This document shows, piece after piece, positions 11,558 to 32,711 of a stretch of DNA of 64,000 bases. Below the pieces are notes generated by a model. The model ran no database searches. It was not told the DNA's origin and saw nothing but the letters and a program-made list of their open reading frames with translations. Every line of letters starts with the position of its first letter. Position 1 is the stretch's first letter. This stretch comes from Zygnema circumcarinatum SAG 698-1b (Eukaryota > Plantae > Zygnematophyceae): positions 4,807,361 through 4,871,360 of the forward strand of contig CM074805.1 in NCBI GenBank assembly GCA_037447605.1. The letters are read 5' to 3'. The position numbers and the translations under genes were made by a program.

Positions 11558-12722
11558 GTAGTGATTGCTTTTTGAGGAGGAAGGGCAGCTCAGATGACCT
11601 GAAACTGTCTTACGACTAGATCCAGTGGGTATGTAGGTAATAAGGCTAGTGGAGACTGCAAAAGGGAAAAGAGATTGCCGTGGCAGGAGGCGTACGAGAA
11701 ATGGTTCTTCCTCCTCGCTGTTCTCGCTCCCTCTCGTTCTTCTCGGTCAAACTAGGTTTCTATGGCTTTCATAGCAAAAGTAGGGAGTAGGGAGCAGGGG
11801 TAGAACTGGTTCCATGGGGGGACGTTGTGTGGTAGAATAGTGGGTATGAAGATATGTGCGAGGATACGAGAGAATAAACATGTTGATATGTGAAAAAGGT
11901 ACCTTGACAATCACAATAATGATGAATATGATGATTGATGTTCAACTTTTTGACAATAATGATGATGATGAACATTGCGGCGATGCTTAATTCTCTGACA
12001 GTAATGAGCATGATGGTATGAGGTTGATAACTTCGACGGTGGTGGTGAGAAATGATGACAAATTCCGATAGTAAGGATGATAATTTAGTGAAGTTAGTAT
12101 GACATGTGAACAGTCATCATCATTAAAAGTAAGAAGTAATCTCGTGAGACAAGCTTCAGCCTTCAGCCTTCAGCTTTTGAGTAGAGTGTAGAGAAGAAAA
12201 TTTAGACTTGGAGAAGGAAAGCAGAACTGTAGTGCATAGAAAAGAAACTCATGTCGTACAGTTGCCGCATTTAGTTTTTTAATACATGTGCTTTCCCTTA
12301 ATCGTGCGCTGTAAAACCACGAAACGAGGAAACGAAGCAATGAAAAGTTTCAATAGCTCATTCCTACAACGTGTGCATTCTACACTTCAACCGAAATTGC
12401 TTTCGTCCAATCAGAATTCTTCCCAACGCATGTCAAACTTATATGTGCCACCCTTCCATACCTCTTCGTGGAACACCGATATAAGAAAACAAAAGAAAAA
12501 ACGAGGGTTTGCTGGATGAAGGCTTAATACTTGTACAGGTCCTCACATATCTGTGCCCCACTAGGTCTAACACTGCATTTGACGCAGTCAAACGAAAACT
12601 TCCGCATCTGCCTGAAGTTGACACACCAGCAAACGAATGCCATGGCTCCTACATACAGAGGTCCATACATAAATATATTCACACATACATCCGTACATGC
12701 ATGCTCGATTAAGATGACCGTC

Positions 12723-19355
<6,633 letters not shown>

Positions 19356-19560
19356 ATGTCTGGTATGATTTTTTGTCTTTGACGTTGAATTTTGTTAGGC
19401 TCATGCATTCGAATAGCTCACATAGGTCGGCATTGATGGTTCGATGAGCTGACTAGCTCGTTTACGACCGCACAAAACAAGTATTGAATTTCCTCTAGGT
19501 TTCAAATTGAAGAAGTTTGATGTAGGTCACCTTAAGTTCAACCTGCAAGTGAGTTCCAAT

Positions 19561-20475
19561 TTAAGCTGCAAACTGCCGCAGCGGCTTAGAAAATGAAAAC
19601 TTTTGTGTGTTATCACTGGCCTTTACGTCACGTAATGAGTAATGAGAGCCCATTTGCAATAAATCTTCGCTCACCTGCACTCGGGCCCATAACCCTGCCA
19701 CCTCCCTCATTGCCCGGCTCCCAACCTCCCCTCTCTTCATTGTCGGCGGAGCAATCCCTCCTTGAGAAGGTTCAACCTCATACTCTTGGAGTGGTTTCAT
19801 TTTGCAATGCCGGTCCTCAATTAAAAATAATTCGCCAGAAATAATCTCTGCCCACTCTAAAAAGCTTTCAGCACTTGCAGGGCGAGGAAGGCCTGCTAAA
19901 AGAGCATTGCTCGCTTTCACGACGTCGTCTCGCATGTTATCCAGCTGGACATTGGATTGGAAAGCGTTGACTTTTTCAACGTATTTACTTCCATTGCTTC
20001 TGAATTCACGCCGACGTCTCTCGCTTCTTTCTGCGGCATCTTGAATGATTCGGAGAGGGGATGCTGCTTGCGCCTGACTCGACGTCACTTGACTTGACTT
20101 TACTCGACTTGCCTCTCTTTCAGAAACCCTAAAAGCTCTGCTTTTGAAGAAGTAAGAACTGCCACTGCGCTTAGGAAGTCCTCCTGCAGACAAGCTTTTG
20201 CTTGAACAAGGACCTGCTTTCATCACTTGGTTCACATCCAAACGCAGCATGACATCGTCAAGGTCACAGCTAGGCTTAAGATTAGAGTTAGGGTTACGCT
20301 CTGAATTCACTGCGAATGACGAAGCCATTCTGCTGCAGAACCCATCCCATTGGGAAGCGAATTGGAGTGCCCTCCCCTTGCAGGGCTGCTTGTTCTGCGC
20401 TTTAGAGACGGAGCAGAAATTTGCACTTGCACACCGCGAAATGCAGCTCGATTCCTCAACGAAGAACGAAGCCAT
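19561..20475 (-). CDS. About 300-codon open frame, probably the N-terminal (transit-peptide/low-complexity) exon of the PPR gene
   Basis: Non-repetitive ORF on the PPR strand, ATG at 20475 (MASFFVEESSCISRC...), Ser/Arg-rich start like an organelle transit peptide. I could not establish a phase-compatible splice to the next exon. Confidence 0.5.
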   Translation of the reverse strand: MASFFVEESSCISRCASANFCSVSKAQNKQPCKGRALQFASQWDGFCSRMASSFAVNSERNPNSNLKPSCDLDDVMLRLDVNQVMKAGPCSSKSLSAGGLPKRSGSSYFFKSRAFRVSEREASRVKSSQVTSSQAQAASPLRIIQDAAERSERRRREFRSNGSKYVEKVNAFQSNVQLDNMRDDVVKASNALLAGLPRPASAESFLEWAEIISGELFLIEDRHCKMKPLQEYEVEPSQGGIAPPTMKRGEVGSRAMREVAGLWARVQVSEDLLQMGSHYSLRDVKASDNTQKFSFSKPLRQFAA

Positions 20476-23294
20476 TCCAAACCGTCTGCTCACCGCTTGG
20501 TGGCATCAAAGCTTTCATTTACATTTGATGCCATCGCCATGATGTGACCAATGCCGACTCCATCACGTCCCCACGTTGCTTCTGCATGCTCTTATATTTT
20601 TGGCCATGTCCATTTGATGGCATCGCCATCATGAGATCAATGCCAACTTCCCTCTCCTTTTCTCTTCTTCTCTATCAGCTCTGCACTACTGCAGGGAATG
20701 ATCGATGGATGATGGGTCGGGTCACATGGAGGGCACCCGTTAAGGACAGACAGGGAGTGCCACGTCGTCAGTATGTCGACGTGGAAGGCTCTGATTGGCC
20801 CATCCTCCTGATCGCGCTGAAGCTCAGGGTCAGTTTCCATCAGCCCGTTATTCCGACGTGGCGTCGTAATGGACGACGACCCATGGGTTCCATCAGGCCG
20901 TTTCCACCAACGTGGCGCCGACGTGGCTGCCACGTGGTAACGAGGCACCGTTCCCCAGGACGGTCCGAAGAAGGGGGTGTAACGCCATTACGACCATTCG
21001 CGTGCCGCCACGTGGCTACCAAAGATACGCCAGCGTGCGACTGCCACGTTGGCTGGAAGCCTCCTGCAAACCCTAAAAACTGTCGGCAGCGACGCGCGTA
21101 CGGTAACCGCAGTGGGCCACGGCGGACGCTGCAAATCGTGCACGTGGCGATCGCTGATTGGAAAACGACGTTTTGATGGAACTCGTCTTTTTATCTGCAA
21201 AACGGCGTCCTACGTGGACCGTAATGAGCTCGTTACGAAACGGGCTGATGGAGAATGGCCCTCAGTTTGCAGCTCCTCGCTTTTCCCTTTTGTCCTTTAG
21301 GTCCTTTGCGGTCAGTTTCTCGTGGTTCCCTATCATGGTGATTTTGGCCATGGACATGTGATGGCATGCATCATGGGAAAGGAAAATGGCCTGGCTTCAT
21401 GGCCTCATGGGATGGCCTCGCCATCGTGAGTTCAATGCCATTTTCTCTTTTGAAAGTGGCTTTGAACCATGGAACCACGATGCATCATGGCCATCGTGAG
21501 ATCCATGAATGCCACATCCCTATATTGCTTGATCGCATTCGAGCGGCACTTTCCAATGGGGACTCGCCACCTATACAGTTTTGGCCCACGTGGCGAATTT
21601 CCATTTGGAGATGGTCGACAGTGGTCGGAGCATGTCCTTAGAAACGCGCCACGGGGCAGCGAATCCTAATTGGAGCCCAGTTCGCGATTGGACATTGGCC
21701 CTACAGTATTTTCGCACTTGTGAGTGGTGGACTACGAGCTGGGTGCGGGTGCAATGTTGACTGACCAAAGCGCCCATGACTCCAATAGTCAGTTGGTTAA
21801 GTCTTCAAATTAATGTATGTTTTTTACCGTACGGTCGTACCGGTACAGCTGTACCGTACATTTGTACGATATCAATTTTTCGATGTGGACAGAAAACTTG
21901 GGTTTGGATTTTAGTTTGTTATTTGCAAATTTGTCGTTATTAGTTGTACGGACACTCTCCTCCATTTCCTGGTCGTTGGTGACCGTTGGCGACAGTTGAC
22001 CTTGAGTTCTTCGCCCAATGGAAATTAACCACGTGTACAATATGTCCACGTGGCTGGTCGCCAATGGACGAGACCAGCCGATCCCAAATGGAGAAACTTT
22101 CGCTGACGCTAGCGGCGTCAGCGAAAGATTCCCCCTGGATATGCCCTCTCAGAAACAGCTTTTTTCTCGCAAAAAATAAAAGAAAAACAAACGTTTCGTC
22201 CGAACCGATTTCCACGTCTGCCCGTCGATGAAAACATTTTCTTTCCTACTCGCAGCCAATCGCTGGCGAGCAGCTCCGCGGACACGGACATTTTTACCTG
22301 CCCTGCGATGTCCACGGGCAGGGCGCGTGCTATCGAAAACAGTTTTTTCCTGCCCGAAGTTGACCTCGTCGCGCCGAAAGTCAGCTCGGAGCTGTCGTAA
22401 GTCGGTCGGCAGCTCCGAGGATGGCTAACAGCATGCCCCCATGCATGCATGAATGTAAGCATGCATGTGGTAGTCTGTAGGAGAAGCGGAGGGTGGGAGT
22501 AGCCGGCGGAGGCGAGGTTCGAGAATTGAGAGGTAAGTCATGGCTTCGCCTTTTCATATGTGGGGGAGGTGAAGGGTAAGAGGGGTTTTTAATATTAAAA
22601 AAAAAAGTGAAGAGGTGGGTGGAGAGAGAAAGAGAGAGAGCGAAAGTGGGGCAGGTGGGCGGGGGGGGGAGAGAGAGGGAGAGAGGGAGATGCGGCGAGG
22701 GGAGGAAAGCAGGCGAAGAAGGCGAGAGAGAGGGGAAAGGGGGGGGAGGGAGGGGGGAAGAGGGGGAGATCGAGAGAGAGGGGATGAAAGAGAGAGAGAG
22801 AGAGAGTAGTGAATGAGAAACAGCGGGGTTAGAGGGGTGAGTGAAGGGTGAGTGAAGGTTAGAGGGGTGAGTGAAGGCGAGAGAGAGGGGCGAGGGAGGT
22901 GAAAGAAAGCAATGCGAAGCCGACGGGGAAATCGAAATAAGAGACCTTTTTGTAAAGGGAAGGAAGGGAGAACACACGCGAGAGAAGCAAGAGCGAGAGA
23001 GATAGGGCATAAGACGAATGGAGGAGAGAATTACCGCGAGGAGAGTGGGATACAGGGTGAGAAGCTTAAGGGGGGGACGTAAGATGGCTTCCTCGAGTTT
23101 TTTTGGGTTTTTCGGTAATGCTGCTACTTCCTTTTGGAAACATTTTACACTTTAAAAACTTCACTTAAAAAAAGTTGACATTTGGGTCTTATCTAATCAC
23201 CATTAACTTTTCTCCTCACATCTTCCCCCCTCCCCCCCCCCCCCCGCTCTTTCCCTCCCCCATATTCTCGTCAGGTGTTGCTGAAGGGAACTTG

Positions 23295-24125
23295 ATGGAG
23301 CCCTCGGGGAGGGCTCTCCTTAGAAGCTCATCCCTCACAGCAAACCCAGCTGCCCTTCACCCTTCTGATCATTACTTTCTGCTTCACTCGCAAACAAATG
23401 CCGAAGAAGAGTTCTCACGAGCAGGCGAACCTTTGAGGCATTTCAACCTCTTGCATTCTCAAGCCACCCTCAACGGTGCGGCTTTAAGCAGCAGAGCCTC
23501 CCTCGGTGAACAGGGAGGCTCGTTTGCTACGCAGCCCCTTGCAGATGGAAATTTTGATTTAGGCTTACCTGATAGTTCAGGCAATCTTGTGAATTCTAGG
23601 TGTAGATTGCAGAAGGAGAAGCTGGAGAGAGGAGAGGGAGGAGCGGGGGTGGGAGGAGGAGAAGGAGGAGAGAAGAGTTTTGTGGAGGAGAGGGAGAGGG
23701 AGAGGGAGAGGGAGAGAAGTGGGAGGACGTCGATGGAAGAAGAGCAGCCCTTGCTGCATGTATCGCATTTGGACGCGAGGCAAGGACTCTAAAAATTCCC
23801 CGACTTTCCCACCCTTAGAAATTCCGAACGAGTGAAAGTTTCGAAAGCCAGAAATCTTTAACAGCTCATTCAGACTAACTTTTTTTTTTCACTTTTTTTT
23901 TCATTGAGCTGTTACAGTTCGCAAGCGTTGACCAGTGCTGCTGCGGAGACGTTTTTCTCTCAATTTTGGCACTTTTTGGTGGCTGCCCGAAATGAAAGCC
24001 GTGGATTATTGAAAAAAGAATTAAGTTTTGGAGCACTAGCTCTCCCATTGTGGCCTGTTTTCGCAGTAGTGCAATGGGGATTCTTCAACATTGTTATGCT
24101 CTTGCTCACAAATAAGCTTTATCAG
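23295..24125 (+). other. Extra copy of exons 1-2 of the transporter gene (probable false duplication at a scaffold gap)
   Basis: 23232-24527 matches 24538-25835 except for one CT unit in a microsatellite; the two are separated by exactly 10 N. Confidence 0.8.
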
Positions 24126-24234
24126 GTATGAACTTTTGAGTCAGATTAAATGGAAAGCGGCTAAAATCTTATTCGCTTTAGTGGTTTTTTCCCTTTCCTT
24201 TTGGTCCTTCGAATCATAAAGTCTGCAGCAGATT

Positions 24235-24294
<60 letters not shown>

Positions 24295-24600
24295 GCCCTT
24301 CCCAACCCAAATGGAAACTAAGTCTCTTTGTTTCTGGAATCGTCAACAGAGTTCGTCCAAAACATTGCTTTCGAGAGGCAGGGAGAGAGAGGGAGGACGA
24401 GAGAGAGGGAGATAGAGAGAGTGGGAGATAGAGAGGGGCGAGTGAAAGTGTTCCTGAGAGTCAGCTATGAGCTGTGTGCTAATGTAGGACAACTGACAAA
24501 TTATATATATATATATTTGTGGTGGGTNNNNNNNNNNCCCCCCCCCCCCCCGCTCTTTCCCTCCCCCATATTCTCGTCAGGTGTTGCTGAAGGGAACTTG

Positions 24601-28010
<3,410 letters not shown>

Positions 28011-28958
28011 TGTGTACATTCATCATGTTTCCAGTTTTGGGGTGTAATTTTTGTTTCTATAAATTCATTCTGGCTTGTTGCCATTGCAATTCAGCCGAGA
28101 TAAGCAACGATTTAGGAATAATACTGTACAGGCAAGGTCGTATTTTTGAGGTGTAGCAGCTATAAGGAGAGCGGCGGGATGGTCAGGTTCGAGGGGGAGG
28201 CTATAGGTCTCGTTCTCGGGAACAGCCTTGAGAGAATTTTTGGAGTGAGGAGATACTGAAATAGTTTCCTCTCATCTGAACAATAGGCTCTTTGTCGCAT
28301 CTGTACAGAAATGAGCACTTTTGGAACGATTTTAGCCACATAGTGTACATCGAATGCAGTTGAAACAATCTGCCTTTTTTAAAATATGATATGTGATAAC
28401 TGTGAACAGCCCCTTGCATGACATGGAACAAACCCATCACAGTGCCGCACATGGACGGCCGCAAATGTGTTCAATTCACGGATCTATCAAAAAAAAGAAC
28501 AGCCGGAGTCGGCTTTTTGCGAATATATGGGGAAACGAACAAAGGAGAGTCGACAATTACGTGGCACCCCACAATACCTATCGTCGCCCTATTTCTGAGC
28601 GCAGCATCTACTTGCTGATTCTTTTTGTCCCATTGGATGTCGTTTTTGGAATTGTGCTCGACGTTCCCTTGAGGAGTAAGGCTTTGGCTCTGGCCAAGCC
28701 CTCGATCGCCTTTGGATCCATGTTGTTGTTGTTGTTCATGTTGTTCATCTCATGGTTCATGTTTCGACTTTGCCTTTGTCGGTTGTTTTTGCTCCCTTTT
28801 GCAAGTTGAAGTGCACATTGGCATTGGTCCACGACTCCCACGACGCCATCCCACAAACGTGAAAAATGTGGGCACTGTGTAGGACCAACCCATGTGAGCC
28901 ACGTAAAGCATGAGGGGAGCAATGGTTCTAGGCCCCAACAACAACAACAACACGGCTC

Positions 28959-29522
28959 GGAGAACTATATACCGCCCCCCCTTTTTGGTTATCCCGCCAC
29001 TGTTTTTTTGAAATCCGACCCTCCCATTTCGGCTATTCTGCCCCCTGTTTTGAAATATCCCGCCCCCCCCCATTTTGGATATTCCCCCCCGTTTTCTCCT
29101 TCTCACACATCAGCGCAACGTTCGAGAGAGAGAGCAAAGGAGAGAAAGAGAGTGAGCAGAGTGAGAGCAAAGGAGAGAGAGACTAGAGTAGAGAGCACAG
29201 GAGAGAGCAAAGGTGAGAGAAGAGAGAGAGAGCAAAGGAGCGAGAGCCGAGGGGAGAGAGTATAGAGGAGAGAGAAAGTGCAGAGGAGTGAGAGTAAGGG
29301 AGAGAGAGACTAGAGGAGAGAGCAAAGGAGAGAGAGACTAGAGGAGAGAGCACAGGAGAGAGCAAAGGAGAGAGAGAGAATGAGCAGAGGAGAGAGCAAA
29401 GGAGAGAGAGAGAGTAGAGTGAGAGCAAAGGAGAGAGACTAGAGGAGAGAGCAAAAGAGAGAGAGAGAATGAGCAGAGGAGAGAGAGTAAAGGAGAGAAA
29501 GACTAGAGGAGAGAGAGCAGAG

Positions 29523-29570
<48 letters not shown>

Positions 29571-29800
29571 CGAAGGAGCGAGAGCCGAAGAGAGAGAGNN
29601 NNNNNNNNGGGAGGGGGAGGGCAGGGGAGGGGAGGGGAGCGGACGGGAGGGGCGGGAAAGAAATATTCAAAAAAGGGGGGCGATCTCCTCCCGAAATATC
29701 CAAAATGGGGGAGGGGGGCAGAATAGCCGAAATGGGAGGGTCGGATTTCAAAAAAAACAGTGGCGGGATAACCAAAAAAGGGGGCGGTATATAGTTCTCC
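28959..29800. mobile_element. Non-autonomous TIR element F with a GA-microsatellite core
   Basis: About 90-bp near-perfect TIRs starting GGAGAACTATATACCGCCCC. 8-bp TSD CACGGCTC at 28951-28958 and 29801-29808. The interior is GA-rich low-complexity DNA with an N gap. Confidence 0.88.
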
Positions 29801-30079
29801 CACGGCTCTAGAAATGGTTGTTGTTGTTGGGTCGTTACGAGAGGTACAATGTATGCCCACGTGTATCGTGACAGTTGTCACGCCCGAGATTCCGATGTGT
29901 TCACACTGCTCGGGTTTGATCCTTGTCGTTTGGGATCGGTCCTTTCATAATACGGCAAATGCCCGCCCAGCCCTGCCACATCCCTCTCTTGTCGCGATGC
30001 GAGGGCCCCACGGGAGGTGATACAGTAAAGTACCCTGCTAGGTCTATCCAAGGGAGGGAGGGCAAAAAGTCCGTACAAG

Positions 30080-31302
30080 GGACTTCTAGAGTTTTAGAAC
30101 GTTCTAACATCTAAAAGTTTTGGGTAGTGATATTTCCACCCCTTTTTTGGATCCAAACACCCCTTCCCGGCCGGGCAGATTTCAAACGGGATTAAAAACA
30201 GAAAATGCTTTTTTCACACCTTTTTGGAATCGATACCCACCTTCTTCCGTCGGCTGATTTTATTTTTGCTAACCAAGGAAAATGATACCCCGTCACCGCA
30301 TTTTGAATACTGTATCCCGCCTCCCTGAATTTCTTTTTTGAGGGAAAGAAATATCTGCCTGCCCGAATCCGCTCGAAGCGGAAGATCCGTCCGCCACGAG
30401 ATCGCTCGCGGGTGTCCGTCCTTCACACGTGCGTGCCAATCGCATCTGTCGATTCCCTCGCAGATCGCACCACTGCAGGTCACCGTTCGATCTGCAGCCG
30501 GGCTCGATCTTAGCGAATGGAAAGCGCCCACGAGTGGATCGCACGTGCGAGTTCGAGCGTCCCTCGGCCCGAGATCTCGTGACATTGTCAGCTCTCAGCC
30601 AATCAACATCTGCCACGTGTTAATATTTTGACGTGGAAAACTTTGATTGGTCCAAGCTCTCAATGTACGAAATATTGGGTTCCTCAAAGTTGCGACCGTA
30701 CGACATTTGTACGGACAAACGTTTGAGAGGACTTTGGCGGGATACGTGGGCGCGTGCCATTCGCTGTGACCGAGCCCGGCTGCAGATCAAAGAGTGATCT
30801 GCCGTGTTGCGATCTGTGAGGGAATCGACGGCTGCGATGACCGCACGCGTGAAAAAAAATTCAGGTAGGCGGGATATTCAAAATGGGGTGACGGGTTATC
30901 ATTTTCCTTGTTTCGCAAAAATAAAATCTGCCGATGGAGGGTGGGTATCGATTCCAAAAAGGTGTGAAAAAAGCATTTTACGTTTTTAATCCTTTTTGAA
31001 ATCTGCCCGGCCGGGAAGGGGTGTTTGGATCCAAAAAAGGGGTGGAAATATCACTACCCAAGTTTTAAGTTTGAGTGTTTTAAAACAGTTTTAGGAAGGA
31101 AGTACGACGTTGGAATTGAACGAAGCGTACGATCGTACGATAGGCGAATTGGCGCTGGCTGGTACAGTACGAGAGGTTGCCGTACGACCGGACACCCGTA
31201 TGACTGTACGAATATTCTAAAAGTGTTTTATGAAACGGCCTGACTTTTAGAATTTTTGAATTGGAATTCTAATACACGACACTGCGTTCTAAACATCCGT
31301 CC
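30080..31302. mobile_element. Dispersed repeat D copy 1 (about 270 bp, interrupted by family B copy 2)
   Basis: Collinear with 60027-60303 (GGACTT..AGAGTTTTAG; AATTGGCGCTGG; CGGCCTGACTTTTAGAATTTTT; ATACACGACACTGCGTT..ATCCGTCC). Only 4-bp GGAC/GTCC ends; no TSD seen. Confidence 0.7.
30122..31059. mobile_element. Family B long-TIR element copy 2 (inverted relative to copy 1)
   Basis: Same TIRs and interior as 4621-5566, in reverse orientation. 7-bp TSD AAGTTTT at 30115-30121 and 31060-31066. Confidence 0.9.
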
Positions 31303-31873
31303 CCAAACCAAAGGGCATTGTTCAAACGTAGTATTCAGCAATTTTAGGGCTTGGGGTTTTTAGGTTGTTTTGTCTATTTTCGGGAGCCAAACTAAATATT
31401 GCAGACTACTTATTTTGTACTATCTTTGAGTGACTTCGTCTGGTTTGTCCGTACATCCAATGTGTACGAATACGTGTTGGCCCAGCCTGTAGAAGAATCC
31501 AAAGATCTAGAATTCAAATATATTAAACGTATCCAGAGGCAGGTTAATGCAACAGAAACCGCCTCAAATCCGCCAATCTCAACCTGGATAAAATGAAAGC
31601 GTACGAACGATACTTGCGCTGTGCGCGAACCGGTCGATCAACCATGCAGTAAATATTCGCACGTGTACACCTTGTCCACGTGGCGGACCTCCATTCGCCC
31701 TTGAGAGGATGGAGGTCAGACTTAGAAACCATTCGGAAGATTTTGGGCGATTTTGCTTTGGCGGACTACCTTCGAAACTTTTTTGTTCGTAAGATTTCTC
31801 AAAAAGCAAAAAGTCCCGAAAAGCATTACGAAAAAGAAAGTTATGAAAGTGCTCCGCTGCAGCCGGATCGGTA

Positions 31874-32482
31874 TCTTACTTCCAATAGGTTTGAACTTTG
31901 AACTTTTTTTTTTTCTGGAATTCTGTAATGTTCAAAGGAAAAGGTTTCATTTGAACTCTTGAACATTCAGATAACAGTTTTTTCAAATTGAGCAATATAA
32001 AAATAAAGTTCAATTGTTCAGAGTCTCACTCTATTCGGCTACACGAGCGGACTCCACCTTTGGCCACGTTGGATCCAAGCAATCTGAAAGATTTGCTAAC
32101 AGCCGGCCCAATTTTTGGTGTACTGTACGACTTTTTGCGTGAGATCAACGATCTTTGTACGGTACGGATACCGTATGGTAATGGAGAGGGGCAAAATTTG
32201 AACTTGCGTGGACCTGGGTCCACGTGCTTTCTGATTTGGCAAAATCTCATTGTTGATCAGTGGATGCAATGTAAATTGAAATTGAACACGACCGGTAGTT
32301 AATTGTTCAATGTTCAAGGACGGTTGTTCAAAAAAAAAAAAAAGCACAGAAGCCTGAAGCGGAAGAGGTTTCTTTCTAAACACCGATTTCGAACAATTTT
32401 TTCTTTTAGAACAGCCAAAATCTTTAATCTTTATTTTTCGCGCTCTTTAATTGTTCAAAGGTCAAACCTATTGGTAGTAGGG
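31874..32482. mobile_element. TA-flanked TIR element I (Tc1/mariner-like MITE)
   Basis: Imperfect TIR (C/T)C(C/T)TACT(A/T)CCAATAGGTTTGA(A/C)CTTTGAAC at both ends, with TA outside each end. A partial inverted copy starts at 36251. Confidence 0.7.
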
Positions 32483-32711
32483 TAAAGAGTAGGAGCAGCG
32501 CTGGGTGGGAGACAGAGGGAGTGGGAGAAGCGGGAGCTGTGCTGAGGGAGACGGAGACCGAGAGGGAGAGGGAGAAGCAGGGGGAGCTGTGCGGTGGGAG
32601 AAGCAGAGGGAGCTCTTCGGAGGAAGAAGGAGAGGGAAAGGAAGAGAGAGGGAGAGGGGGAGGGGAAGGGAGGGAGAAGGAAAGGGAGAGGGAGAGGGGA
32701 AGGAGCTAGGG

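Noticed and set aside
23175-24431. A second, truncated transporter gene or genuine exon duplication
   Set aside because: Near-identical to the downstream copy and joined by a 10-N gap, so more likely an assembly artefact; kept only as a low-interest finding.
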